Assembly: GCA_965223705.1 (NCBI GenBank)
Contig: OZ245015.1
Coordinates: 2,368,001-2,432,000, forward strand
Direction: 5' to 3'
Length of the DNA stretch: 64,000 nt
From: Myxococcota bacterium
GTDB taxonomy: Bacteria; Myxococcota_A; UBA9160; UBA6930
The position numbers and the translations under genes are program-made. Positions 9,311-18,929 of the stretch are shown piece by piece. Numbering within the stretch: the stretch's first letter is position 1; each line of letters opens with the position of its first letter. The notes under the pieces were generated by a model that worked only from the letters and a program-made list of their open reading frames with translations, was not told the DNA's origin and ran no database searches.

Positions 9311-11374
9311 TTATAACGCGATCGTGATGAGAGAGCTGCCGTCGGCCTGGACTGTCAGCACGTCGCCGGGGCTCACCACCACCGTGGTGGTCGGGAACTC
9401 GACGATCGCGGGCCCCGTGAGCTTATCGCCGAAAGTGAGATCCTCGCCCCGGAAGATCTCCGTCTCGACCTCGGCGTTGACCGCCGCCATGTAAGCGACG
9501 CGACGCCCTGTCGGTACGGCCCCGGTGGCGTTCGAGCGAAGGCGACCTTGGGGCGCCTTGCGGCTTCCCGTCGCCGCGATTCGCCAGTGGATGCATTCGA
9601 TCGGTTGATCTCGCATGCAGTAGGTAAAGCGGCGCTCGTGCTCGTCGTGAAAGTCGAGTTCGAGCTGGGCGAGGAGTTCCCTTGAGATCGGCCCTTCGGG
9701 CAGGGGCACGGTCAAGTTGTGCACCTGGCCGGGATAGCGCCCCTCGACGTAGCGCGTGAAGCGGATCTCTTCGGGCTTGAACCCATCGGCTTCGAGGTGT
9801 TTCTGGCCGGTTGCGATGAGCTCGTCGAACACGCCCGTGATGTCTGCGACGGTGCTCTCCGCGTCGGAGTTGCAGTGGAACAATCGCACGTAGTCGTGCC
9901 GAACCGGCGTCACCGCCATTCCGAAGGCGCACAACCCGCCCGCGGACCGGGGGATCAGGACTTCGCCGATCTCGAGCATTCGGGCGAGCTCGGCGGCGTG
10001 GAGGCCCCCGGCACCTCCGCCGGCCACCATCACGTAATCCCGGGGATCGATGCCGCGCTCGATCGAGATCGCTCGGATGGCCGACGCCATGTTCGCGTTG
10101 ACGATGGTGATGATGCCCGCCGCCGCGTCACGCACAGACATCCCAAGGGGCTTTGCGACGCGCTCCTCGATGGCCCGCTCGGCGAGGCTCTCGTCGAGGG
10201 AGCGGCGTCCGCCCAGGAACGCCCCCGCGGCCATGCGACCGACCGCCAGGTTCGCGTCGGTCACCGCCGGCTCGCGCCCACCGCGCCCGTAGCACGCCGG
10301 GCCCGGTTGGGAGCCGGCGCTTCGCGGCCCCACGCGCAGAGACTTGCCGCTGTCGATCCAGGCGATCGAACCGCCTCCGGCGCCCACGGAAAGCACTTCG
10401 ACACCGTTCACCCCGATCGGCTGGTTTTCGACCTGAATGTCCGTCGACATCACCGGCTCGCCGTCGCGGAGCATGCAGACGTCGAAACTCGTTCCGCCCA
10501 TATCGACGATGATGAGACGATCCGGCGATTTCGTGTTGGCGGCATAGTGCGCACCGGCCGCAGGACCCGCCGCGGGACCGGAGGCCACCGCGTTCACCGG
10601 GCGGGCCAGAAGATCCGGGACCGACGCGCAGCCGCCGTTCACCTGCATGATCTGGGGCGCGTGGGGCAGCCCGCCCGCCTGCATCTCTTTTTCGAAGGCG
10701 CGTAGGTAATCGCCGATGATCGGCGCGATATAAGCGGATAGCACCGTCGCGGACGTTCTCTCCCACTCGCGAATCTCGGGTAGGACATCCGAGGAACACA
10801 GGACGTCGACTCCGGGGAGTTCTTCTCGGACGATTTCCGCTGTCCGCTGCTCGTGACGCGGATCGATGATCGACCAGAGATAAGCCACCGCTACGGCCTT
10901 CACGCCGTGTGCTCCGAAATACCGCGCCGCTTCTCGCACCGCGTTTTCGTCGAGGGGCTCGACCTCCGTGCCGTCGGCACCGATTCGTTCAGGAATGCCC
11001 AGCCGCAGATACCGCGGAACGAAATCTTCGGGCTTCTTCAGGTGGATGTTGAAACGTTCGGGCTTCCCACCGCGACCGAGGTAGGTGATATCCCGGAACC
11101 CCTTCGTCGCGAGCAGACCGATCACCGGACCGTTGCGCTGGATGAGCGCGTTCGTCGCCATCGTCTGGCCGTGGACGAGGAACTCGGTGTCGCGAAGGAG
11201 CTCCGAGACGTTCGTCCCCGCCTGATCGGCGAGGCCGGCCAACCCTCGTGTAATGGCGAGGAGCGGTTCGTCCGGCGTCGAGTCCTCCTTGTAGACGTGA
11301 AACTCGCCGTCGTCCCGCAGGAGTACGAGATCGGTAAACGTGCCCCCGATATCGATGCCGACGCGGTGTCCCAT
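9311..11374 (-). CDS. Hydantoinase A/oxoprolinase family subunit (ATP-binding)
   Basis: GIDIGGTFTD, SGPAAG, DMGGTSFD, GAGGGS and VTDA motifs; start re-picked at MGHRVG. Confidence 0.93.
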   Translation of the reverse strand: MGHRVGIDIGGTFTDLVLLRDDGEFHVYKEDSTPDEPLLAITRGLAGLADQAGTNVSELLRDTEFLVHGQTMATNALIQRNGPVIGLLATKGFRDITYLGRGGKPERFNIHLKKPEDFVPRYLRLGIPERIGADGTEVEPLDENAVREAARYFGAHGVKAVAVAYLWSIIDPRHEQRTAEIVREELPGVDVLCSSDVLPEIREWERTSATVLSAYIAPIIGDYLRAFEKEMQAGGLPHAPQIMQVNGGCASVPDLLARPVNAVASGPAAGPAAGAHYAANTKSPDRLIIVDMGGTSFDVCMLRDGEPVMSTDIQVENQPIGVNGVEVLSVGAGGGSIAWIDSGKSLRVGPRSAGSQPGPACYGRGGREPAVTDANLAVGRMAAGAFLGGRRSLDESLAERAIEERVAKPLGMSVRDAAAGIITIVNANMASAIRAISIERGIDPRDYVMVAGGGAGGLHAAELARMLEIGEVLIPRSAGGLCAFGMAVTPVRHDYVRLFHCNSDAESTVADITGVFDELIATGQKHLEADGFKPEEIRFTRYVEGRYPGQVHNLTVPLPEGPISRELLAQLELDFHDEHERRFTYCMRDQPIECIHWRIAATGSRKAPQGRLRSNATGAVPTGRRVAYMAAVNAEVETEIFRGEDLTFGDKLTGPAIVEFPTTTVVVSPGDVLTVQADGSSLITIAL

Positions 11375-11376
11375 GA

Positions 11377-13275
11377 CTACGCCTCGGTCTCGTCGAAGTC
11401 CCGCGCCGTCGGGGCCTCGATGTAGCGATCGCGCGGACCCATGTTGCGCGCCGTCCAGGTCCCCGCCGCCGGTGCGGTGGGCTCGATCATCGGTCTCGGG
11501 TTCGCGCGCAGCTCGGCGCGGCGGGCCGCGGTCGCCGTCTCGTCGACGGTGCGCTCGAGATCGTCCCGGACGACGACACCGTACACGTCGCGCGCGGTCT
11601 CCTCGCTGATCCACTCGTCGCGGAGATCGCGTCGCACCTGCTCGGCCTCGCGGTCGAGGGGGTTCCCCCAGCCGCCGCCACCCGAAGAAACGCCTTCCCA
11701 GAACTCACCTTCTCGAATCGGCACCTGACCCGCGGAAGACGTAAACGTCCGGCTGCCGTCCGCGTGCTCGATGAAGATTCCGCCGCCGGGGCTCATCGTG
11801 CCGCCATTCACGCCGTGGGGCGGGTTCTTCAGCCCCTCGCCGAACCCGTGCCATTCCATCCCGCCGGCGATGGGCCGATAACGCGTGCGGAGACCGGGGC
11901 CGCCGATCCACTGGCCGGCGCCCATGGCGTCGGTCTCGATCTCGTTTTGCTCGACCCGGATGGGATAGAGCAACTCGATCTCTTCAATCGCCGCCGAGGT
12001 CAGTCCGCCCATCCCCGCGATCGTGCAGAACACCGGCCAACCGTCCGCGTCCTTCGCAGCTCCCGAGCCGCCACCGCTGTTGAAGAGCATGCAACCCCAT
12101 TCCTCGCCCGTTCTCGAATCGACGCCGTTGAAGTTCGGGATGTGCGATGTGTGAGCCCCGCCCGCCGGGACCCGGTCGGGAATGGCCTCGGCCATGGCGA
12201 TGTTGATGACCTCATGCATGGGGTCCGCCGGGTTCTGCGTGGCGCCGCCGACCGCTGCGGGCCATTTCGCGCGACAGATCGTCCCTTCATCTGCATCCGC
12301 GGTAATGTGCTTTAAAACCCCGTGATTGTGGGGAATATCCGAGTCGATGTAGTACAAGAACGGAATCGTCGACGTCGCCATCATCACCGCGTAGGTCGCG
12401 TTGAAGGAACCGGTTGACGGCGGTCCGCCGGTGTAGTGCACGTGAATGTCGGCGCCCTTCTTGGTGATGGTCGCCCGGATCGGAATGTCCGTAGCGCCGT
12501 TCCCGTCGGTGTCGGTCCAGGTCTCCCCCTCGAACACGCCGTCGGGAATTTTCATGAACTCTTCGGTGGCGCGCTGATCGGCGTAGTCCATCAGCCCGTC
12601 GCTGTAGCGGACGACCTCGTCGCGCCCGTACTGCTCGCACAGTTCCATCAACCCCTTCCGGGCGACCCCGCACGCGCCGAGCTGCGCGCGCAAGTCGCCA
12701 TTCAACGCGTCGCGGTAGCGCACGTTCGAGAGGTAGAGCTCGATGATGTCGTGCCGCTCGACGCCGCGGTCGACGAGCTTCGTCGGCGGAATGACGATGC
12801 CTTCCTGGAAGATGGTCTTGGCGGAGGGCACGATGCTCGACGCCTCGATGGCACCCGTGTCGAGCTGGTGACCGCGCGCCACCGTCCAAAAGACCTGACG
12901 ACCGTCGACAAAGACCGGCTGCGCCGTCACGAGATCCGGAACGTGGGTGTTCCCGCGATACGGATCATTGGACATGTAGACGTCGCCGTCGTGGATGTCG
13001 TCGCCGAACACCTTGACGATCTCCATCAGCAGCGTGCGGATGCTGTTGCAGTGAATGGGCAGACAGTCCGCCATCGTCACCTGCCGCGGACCGCTTTCGT
13101 GTGCGTCGTAGATCATGCACGAGTAGTCGCGTGCGAGAGCGATCACCGATGTCCAGGCCGTCTGTTCCATCGCCAGGGTCATTTCCTGGCCGATCGCTTC
13201 GAAGCGATTCCGGATCACGCTGAAGGTGATGGGGTCAAAATCCTTCGTGATGTCGGTCTGTACGGCGGTGGCCAC
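11377..13275 (-). CDS. Hydantoinase B/oxoprolinase family subunit
   Basis: DPITFSVI, NDPYRGNTHVPD, HQLDTG and GGGGWGNP..R motifs. Confidence 0.93.
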   Translation of the reverse strand: MATAVQTDITKDFDPITFSVIRNRFEAIGQEMTLAMEQTAWTSVIALARDYSCMIYDAHESGPRQVTMADCLPIHCNSIRTLLMEIVKVFGDDIHDGDVYMSNDPYRGNTHVPDLVTAQPVFVDGRQVFWTVARGHQLDTGAIEASSIVPSAKTIFQEGIVIPPTKLVDRGVERHDIIELYLSNVRYRDALNGDLRAQLGACGVARKGLMELCEQYGRDEVVRYSDGLMDYADQRATEEFMKIPDGVFEGETWTDTDGNGATDIPIRATITKKGADIHVHYTGGPPSTGSFNATYAVMMATSTIPFLYYIDSDIPHNHGVLKHITADADEGTICRAKWPAAVGGATQNPADPMHEVINIAMAEAIPDRVPAGGAHTSHIPNFNGVDSRTGEEWGCMLFNSGGGSGAAKDADGWPVFCTIAGMGGLTSAAIEEIELLYPIRVEQNEIETDAMGAGQWIGGPGLRTRYRPIAGGMEWHGFGEGLKNPPHGVNGGTMSPGGGIFIEHADGSRTFTSSAGQVPIREGEFWEGVSSGGGGWGNPLDREAEQVRRDLRDEWISEETARDVYGVVVRDDLERTVDETATAARRAELRANPRPMIEPTAPAAGTWTARNMGPRDRYIEAPTARDFDETEA

Positions 13276-13318
13276 GGCGGTACCTCCATGGGAAGGCCCG
13301 ACACTGGGCCTGGTTCGG

Positions 13319-13348
13319 ATTCTCCGTCTCTCGGTCGAGCAAAGTCAA
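13319..13348 (-). promoter_or_regulatory. Possible sigma70 promoter for the hydantoinase operon
   Basis: Minus strand TTGACT-N18-GAGAAT upstream of the hydantoinase B start. Confidence 0.35.
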
Positions 13349-14568
13349 TGGGCGGTTGGTTCTCCCGCATCGAGGCGGCGATGCGCAGTCGAGAAGCTCC
13401 ACGCGGCACCGAAAACGAGAAGTGCCGGCACCGTCAGCTGCCACGCGAGCGATGCCGGAAGGCAGGCCAACGCGCCGAGTAACGCCAAGATCGAGCAGCC
13501 GAGTATCGCCACGCCGGAACAGCCCGCGAGTGCGCTTCCCACGGCCAGCGCGAGCATGTGCAACGCGTATCGCCCCACTCCGGTCGGCTCGAAGATTCTC
13601 CCGGGTAGCCAGACTTCAATGGACGGAAAGAGCATCGGAACGTATTGCAGCATCGCTGCGACGGCGTCCATGGAGCACGCGAGAAGAATCGAGAAGAGCA
13701 CCCAGTGACGCCAGCCGGGCGCGCCCGCCTGTTCGTGGACCCCAAATGCGAGGAGCCCGTACACCGCCGCCGTATACCAGGCCGTCATGTTCCCGAAATG
13801 GTCGAGATCGGTGAGGTGAGCGAAGTAACCGAGCGTCGCCATGAGCTGGGCCATCCATGCGGCGGTGATCAGCGGGCCGAGGTACAGCATCCGGCTCGGG
13901 CGAGGCAGCGCTGCGCGCCAGCCCAAGCGATCGGACCGGGATCCTGTCGAGATGACGGCGCCCAGGATGAGAAACATCCCGAGGAGCTCCGTGCCCTCCT
14001 CCACGCCCGCGCGAATTCCGGTCAACCAAGTCGGCCACCGGGTCGAATGTTCGAGAACTTCTTGCAACGCGACGCTGCCGAACAATGCGAATCCAGCGGA
14101 GAGCCAGAGGAGGGGCTTCTTTCGCGTCCCTTGCTTCCAGGCGAGCCCGATGGCGTAACCGAGCAGCAGAACACCCACGATGCCAAGAGGGATCTGGGCC
14201 GCTGGCGCCACGAGGCCGATTCGCTCGTGAACCGAGGCGATTTCGTCGCAGGAGAGCCCGACCAAGATCAGAGCGAGGACGAAAGCCGAAGGCTTCGGTA
14301 GGTCACCGCTTCCATCGACCTGCTGGTAAGCGAGCAGACCGGCTGTAAAGAGGAGCAGACCCGACCACCAGGCCGCGATGTTGTGTTCCCGGGCCAGGCT
14401 GAGAGGTTCGAGGATCGGCCAGCCCGCACCGTTTTCGGTGTAGAAGAGCGGAATCGGGAGCTCGGGCAAGTGGAAGTTCACAGCCGTGAGAGCGACGAGC
14501 GTCGCACTCACGCAACCGACGAGGCGACTCCAGGGAACTCCCGCCGTCTCCCCCGAGGCGGTCGTCAA
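13345..14568 (-). CDS. Multi-pass integral membrane protein of unknown function
   Basis: About 10-11 hydrophobic segments with DEIASVHE and EEGTELLG motifs; probable TTG start overlapping the upstream TGA (TTGA). Confidence 0.7.
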   Translation of the reverse strand: MTTASGETAGVPWSRLVGCVSATLVALTAVNFHLPELPIPLFYTENGAGWPILEPLSLAREHNIAAWWSGLLLFTAGLLAYQQVDGSGDLPKPSAFVLALILVGLSCDEIASVHERIGLVAPAAQIPLGIVGVLLLGYAIGLAWKQGTRKKPLLWLSAGFALFGSVALQEVLEHSTRWPTWLTGIRAGVEEGTELLGMFLILGAVISTGSRSDRLGWRAALPRPSRMLYLGPLITAAWMAQLMATLGYFAHLTDLDHFGNMTAWYTAAVYGLLAFGVHEQAGAPGWRHWVLFSILLACSMDAVAAMLQYVPMLFPSIEVWLPGRIFEPTGVGRYALHMLALAVGSALAGCSGVAILGCSILALLGALACLPASLAWQLTVPALLVFGAAWSFSTAHRRLDAGEPTAH

Positions 14569-15134
14569 GCACCCCGCCCCAGCGTGTAGAACTCGGGATT
14601 CGGTTTGAGATCGATCAGGTGCGCCATGCGGTTCGAGAGAGCGAAAAAAGCGGTGATCGCACCGATATCCCAAACATCCTCGCGGTCGAGTCCGTGCACT
14701 TCGAGAGCTTCGTAGTCCGCTTCGTTCACTTCTTCTGCGCGCGTCGCCACCTTGAGCGCGAAATCGAGGATCGCCCGTTGGCGCGGCTCGAGATCGGCGG
14801 AGCGGTAGTTGACCGCGACCTGGTCCGAGATCAACGGGTCCTTCGCCCGGATTCGCAGGATCGCACCGTGGGCGACGACGCAGTAAGGGCACTGATTGAC
14901 CGCGCTCGTAGCGACGACGATCATTTCTTTCTCGGCCTTGGTGAGGTTCCCTTTCCGCTCGAGGATCGCGTCGTGGTAGTTGAAAAACGCGCGAAATTCG
15001 TCCGGGCGGTGGGCCAAGCCGAGAAAGATATTCGGCACGAACCCCGAGCGCTCCTGCACCTTCTGGATCATCTCGCGGATATCGTCCGGTAGCTCGCTCA
15101 GTTCGGGGATCGGGAAGCGGGAAATGTCGGTCAT
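14565..15134 (-). CDS. Peroxidase-related enzyme, AhpD/carboxymuconolactone decarboxylase family
   Basis: GFVPNIF, EMIVVATSAVNQCPYCVVAHGA motif; GAGGAG SD before MTDISRF. Confidence 0.92.
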   Translation of the reverse strand: MTDISRFPIPELSELPDDIREMIQKVQERSGFVPNIFLGLAHRPDEFRAFFNYHDAILERKGNLTKAEKEMIVVATSAVNQCPYCVVAHGAILRIRAKDPLISDQVAVNYRSADLEPRQRAILDFALKVATRAEEVNEADYEALEVHGLDREDVWDIGAITAFFALSNRMAHLIDLKPNPEFYTLGRGA

Positions 15135-15251
15135 GGGGACTCCTCGTACAGGCAAGGTATCGCGTCCTCCGGAGGAGGCCCTGTCGGGGCTTTGCGGTAC
15201 CCTGGGGGAGTAGCCGTCAGGGCGGCTCGGGAGGCGAGGAGGAGACACGCG

Positions 15252-16874
15252 ATGGGTGTAGAAGCAAAAACAGACTATGAGGCGATCGTCATCGGCGCCG
15301 GCGTCGCCGGGATCTATCAGATCAAACGGCTGACCGACATGGGAATCGACGCAACGGTACTCGATTCCGCAGGTGACCTCGGCGGGACCTGGTACTGGAA
15401 CCGCTACCCCGGCGCGCGGTTCGACTCCGAGAGTTACACCTACGGCTACTCCTTCTCGCGCGAACTCCTCGACGAGTGGCACTGGAAGGAGCGCTTCTCC
15501 GGGCAGCCCGAGAATCTCCGCTACCTGAATTTCGTCGCCGACAAGTTCGACTTGCGCAAGTACATGCAGTTCAACTGTCAGGTCGAGTCCGCTCACTTCG
15601 ATGAAGAGCGAAATCGCTGGCGACTCCGGATTTCGGATGGGCGCACCCTGACCTGCCGGTTCGTCATCATGGCTGTCGGACTCCTCTCGGCGCCCACCCC
15701 GCCTCGTATCGAGGGCATGGAGACGTTCCAAGGGGAGTCCTTCCACACCTTCTACTGGCCCCATGAGCCCGTCGAGATGGCGGGCAAGAAGGTCGCGGTG
15801 ATCGGCACCGGGGCGACCGGGATTCAAGTGATCGGCGAAATCGCGGACAAAGTCGGCGAACTCGTCGTCTTCCAGCGCCGTCCCAATTGGAGCGCACCAC
15901 TCAACAACGGGCCGATCTCGGAAGAAGAGATGGACGAGATCCGCGCGCGCTACGACGAGATCTTTGCCACCTGCGCGCGGACGCCCGGGGGGTTCGAGCA
16001 CGAACCGGATCGCCGGGGCTTCTACGAGGTGACCCCCGAGGAGCGGCGAGCGCTCTGGGACCGACTCTACGACGAGCCCGGATTCGGCATCTGGTTGCAG
16101 AACTTCCGCGAGATCTTCACCGAAGAAGAAGCGAACGAGGAAATCTCGGAGTACATCGCCGAGCGCATCCGCGAGCGCGTCCACGATCCCGAGACCGCCG
16201 AGAAGCTCATCCCGCGAGACCACGGTTTCGGTGTCCAGCGCGTGCCCCTCGAAACGAATTACTTCGAGGCCTACAACCGCGACAACGTCTCTCTGGTCGA
16301 CATCAGTGAGACTCCGATCGAGGCGATCACCGAGACGGGTCTGCGCACCAGCGAACGCGAGTTCGATTTCGACATCATCGTGTACGCGACGGGCTTCGAC
16401 GCGATTACGGGCTCCTTCGATCGCATCGATATTCGCGGCACCGGGGGGCGAAAACTACGCGATGTGTGGAAAGATGGCCCTACGACCTACCTCGGCATGA
16501 TGATCCACGGTTTTCCGAACCTGTTGATGCCCTCCGGGCCGCAGAGCGGCTCCGCCTCCACGAACTATCCGCGTGGCATCGAGACCGGCGTCAATTGGTG
16601 TACGGAACTGTTCGCCTACATGTGGGAGAACGGGCTCGTACGCGCCGAGGCCGAACTCGACGCGGAGCAGAACTGGACGGCTCACGTGACGAAGATGTAC
16701 TCGACCATGCTCATGCGGAAAGCGAAGTCTTGGTTCACCGGATACAACTCGAACGTCGAAGGCCACGAGGAAGGGACGATTCGCTACCTCGTCTACAACG
16801 GCGGAACGCCCAAGTACGTCCGCCGCATCAACGAAGTCGTCGAGCGCGGCTATGAGGGCATTCGTCTGGACTAG
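15252..16874 (+). CDS. Type I Baeyer-Villiger monooxygenase (cyclohexanone monooxygenase-like)
   Basis: GAGVAG, GGTWYWNRYPGARFD, fingerprint FQGESFHTFYWP and GTGATG; GGAGGAG SD. Confidence 0.93.
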   Translation: MGVEAKTDYEAIVIGAGVAGIYQIKRLTDMGIDATVLDSAGDLGGTWYWNRYPGARFDSESYTYGYSFSRELLDEWHWKERFSGQPENLRYLNFVADKFDLRKYMQFNCQVESAHFDEERNRWRLRISDGRTLTCRFVIMAVGLLSAPTPPRIEGMETFQGESFHTFYWPHEPVEMAGKKVAVIGTGATGIQVIGEIADKVGELVVFQRRPNWSAPLNNGPISEEEMDEIRARYDEIFATCARTPGGFEHEPDRRGFYEVTPEERRALWDRLYDEPGFGIWLQNFREIFTEEEANEEISEYIAERIRERVHDPETAEKLIPRDHGFGVQRVPLETNYFEAYNRDNVSLVDISETPIEAITETGLRTSEREFDFDIIVYATGFDAITGSFDRIDIRGTGGRKLRDVWKDGPTTYLGMMIHGFPNLLMPSGPQSGSASTNYPRGIETGVNWCTELFAYMWENGLVRAEAELDAEQNWTAHVTKMYSTMLMRKAKSWFTGYNSNVEGHEEGTIRYLVYNGGTPKYVRRINEVVERGYEGIRLD

Positions 16875-16891
16875 GGTGCGCCCTCGCCCGC

Positions 16892-17350
16892 TCAGGCTTT
16901 GGGTTCGAGGACCACCACCGGGATCTGTCGAGGGTCTGCCGCTTTCTGGTACTCCGCGAACGGCGGATACATATCCACCATCTGCGCCCAGACCTTCTCG
17001 CGCTCGGCTCCTGCAAGCTCGCGCGTGGTGGCCGGGAACTCGTCGTTCGCGACCTTCACCTTGACTTCGTCCTGGGCGTTCAGGTTGTGATACCAGCCCG
17101 GATGCTTCGGGTGACCACCCTTCGAAGCGATGATCGCGTAGCCGGTGCCCGTCTTGCCGTAGAGCAGGGGCATGATGCTCTCCTTGCCGGACTTCCGGCC
17201 CTTCGTGAACAAGAGGAGCGTCGGCAGCGGGCCGGGGCCTCCCCCTACGGTCGAATCCCACAGGTGAGCCGCCTCACCATCTTCAAGGTAAAGCTTGCGG
17301 TGCTTGGCAATCCAACCGGTTTCACTGGCTTCTACGATGGGGTCACTCAT
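16892..17350 (-). CDS. Deazaflavin (F420H2)-dependent nitroreductase family protein (DDN/FDOR-A)
   Basis: LLLFTKGRKSG, ASKGG..HPGWYHNL and YQ...RQIPVVVL motifs. Confidence 0.92.
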   Translation of the reverse strand: MSDPIVEASETGWIAKHRKLYLEDGEAAHLWDSTVGGGPGPLPTLLLFTKGRKSGKESIMPLLYGKTGTGYAIIASKGGHPKHPGWYHNLNAQDEVKVKVANDEFPATTRELAGAEREKVWAQMVDMYPPFAEYQKAADPRQIPVVVLEPKA

Positions 17351-17466
17351 CGGATCGGGCTCCTCTTCGGGCTTGCTCGGGTTTGTGGCGAGCCGATGCT
17401 ACGTCAGCGAGGCTCCCGGATCCATCGTGGCTTTCCCGCGTCGACCCGGATGATATGGTCCCCGCT

Positions 17467-17961
17467 ATGAGTGCAACCGACGACCTTGTTAAGAACAATG
17501 ACGACTACGCGAGCCGTTTCTCGAAAGGCGACTTGCAGTCTCCGCCTGCAAAGCACGTCGCCGTCGTTGCTTGCATGGATGCACGGCTCGATGTGGCGGC
17601 CCTGCTCGGGCTCACCGAGGGCGACGCCCACGTCATCCGGAACGCGGGAGGTGTCGTGACGGACGACGTGATCCGCTCCCTGGTGATTTCTCAAAGACTC
17701 TTGGGAACCCGAGAGATCGTGCTGATCCACCACACCGACTGCGGAATGATGAGTTTCAGAGACGACGACCTCAAGGCGAGCATCGAAGCGGAGACCGGCA
17801 TCCGCCCCGCGTTCGCTATGGAGGCGTTCGGCGATCTCGAGGGCGATGTCCGGCAATCGATAGCGCGGATCAAAGCGAGCCCCTTCATCCCGACGAAGGA
17901 CGCGATTCGCGGCTTCGTCTATCAGGTCGAGACGGGATCGCTGCGCGAGGTCGCCGCGTAA
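17467..17961 (+). CDS. Beta-class carbonic anhydrase
   Basis: CMDAR, RNAGG and HHTDCG zinc ligand motifs. Confidence 0.93.
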   Translation: MSATDDLVKNNDDYASRFSKGDLQSPPAKHVAVVACMDARLDVAALLGLTEGDAHVIRNAGGVVTDDVIRSLVISQRLLGTREIVLIHHTDCGMMSFRDDDLKASIEAETGIRPAFAMEAFGDLEGDVRQSIARIKASPFIPTKDAIRGFVYQVETGSLREVAA

Positions 17962-17988
17962 CCGCTCCAGGGCGACGATCGCAACCGC

Positions 17989-18876
17989 TCACTCCGCCTT
18001 CGGCTCGTCGATCGTGATCTCGAGGTCTTTGCGACGGTCGTAGACTTTCTTGAGCCGCCGCTGGCGTTCCATCTCGATGCGCAGCTCTTGAAGGACCGCC
18101 TCTTCGGAGATCTCTCGCTCGCGAACGGTCATCTGGAGGTCCGTACACGCGGCGACCATGTACGGCCCGCACGCCGGGCTCGCGCAGCAGTAGCCGGCGA
18201 ACGCCTCGAAGGTCTGGGGCGTCTCGGGCAACTTCGCGACGTTGATGGTCGAGATCATCTCGGGGTAGCGATCCTTCAGGGTTTTGAATTTCCGATTCGC
18301 GCCGGCGACGTCGCCTTCTCTCCACCGGATCAACATTTCGTTGAAGACGTGCGCGCTGAACGGCGCCCCTTTGCGCAGCCCGAGGTCATTCCAGTCGTAC
18401 GCTTGTTGGATCGCACCGCGGTAGATCAGGATCTCGGCGATGTTGGTGTACGCCACGCCGGAAGGATTCAGCTTGCGCGCGTTGTTGAAGCCTCGAAGGG
18501 CGGCGTCGAGATCGCCTCGATACGCATCGATGACGGCGAGATAGAAATGCGGTTGGCTGTTGCGCGGATCGAGCTCGACTGCCGCGACGAACTCTTCCGT
18601 CGCGCGCTCGAGGTAAGCGAGATATTCCGCTTCGTTGCGATCTCCATCGAGCGCTTCTCGCGCGCGCTTGTAGTACGTCTCTCCGAGGGCGATCCGTACG
18701 CCGGCAGAATCCGGACGGGCATCCCGGCGGCTCTCGAGTGTGGTCTCCGCCGCTTCGAGATCGCCCGCATCGACCTGACGCTTGGCCTCCTGAGTCGATC
18801 CCGCACAAGCCAGAACAATGAGCGCGGCGCAAGCGAGAAGAACCCGGGGCGTCAGGCGGCAACTAGCGAAGATCAT
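17989..18876 (-). CDS. Tetratricopeptide-repeat lipoprotein
   Basis: N-terminal hydrophobic stretch ending in a LAC lipobox; TPR-like helices (AVELDP, ARKLNP); C-terminal Cys cluster and coiled coil. Confidence 0.75.
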   Translation of the reverse strand: MIFASCRLTPRVLLACAALIVLACAGSTQEAKRQVDAGDLEAAETTLESRRDARPDSAGVRIALGETYYKRAREALDGDRNEAEYLAYLERATEEFVAAVELDPRNSQPHFYLAVIDAYRGDLDAALRGFNNARKLNPSGVAYTNIAEILIYRGAIQQAYDWNDLGLRKGAPFSAHVFNEMLIRWREGDVAGANRKFKTLKDRYPEMISTINVAKLPETPQTFEAFAGYCCASPACGPYMVAACTDLQMTVREREISEEAVLQELRIEMERQRRLKKVYDRRKDLEITIDEPKAE

Positions 18877-18929
18877 CGATGAAAGGCCCTCCTAAACGCA
18901 CTCCCGTTCGTCCAGTCATGAGCCACCGC

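Noticed and set aside
7594..9327. 577-aa plus-strand ORF and similar long antisense ORFs (25304..27145, 21263..22621, 39586..41091, 46614..47954, 57908..59377)
   Set aside because: They mirror well-supported genes on the opposite strand and have no motifs; they are shadow ORFs expected from high-GC codon bias.
15135..16223. Apparent long N-terminal extension or fusion of the AhpD-like ORF (likewise 22652-23806, 11375-11614, 44008-44307, 52293-52682)
   Set aside because: The extensions overlap other real genes; starts supported by SD, overlap or family N-termini lie downstream.
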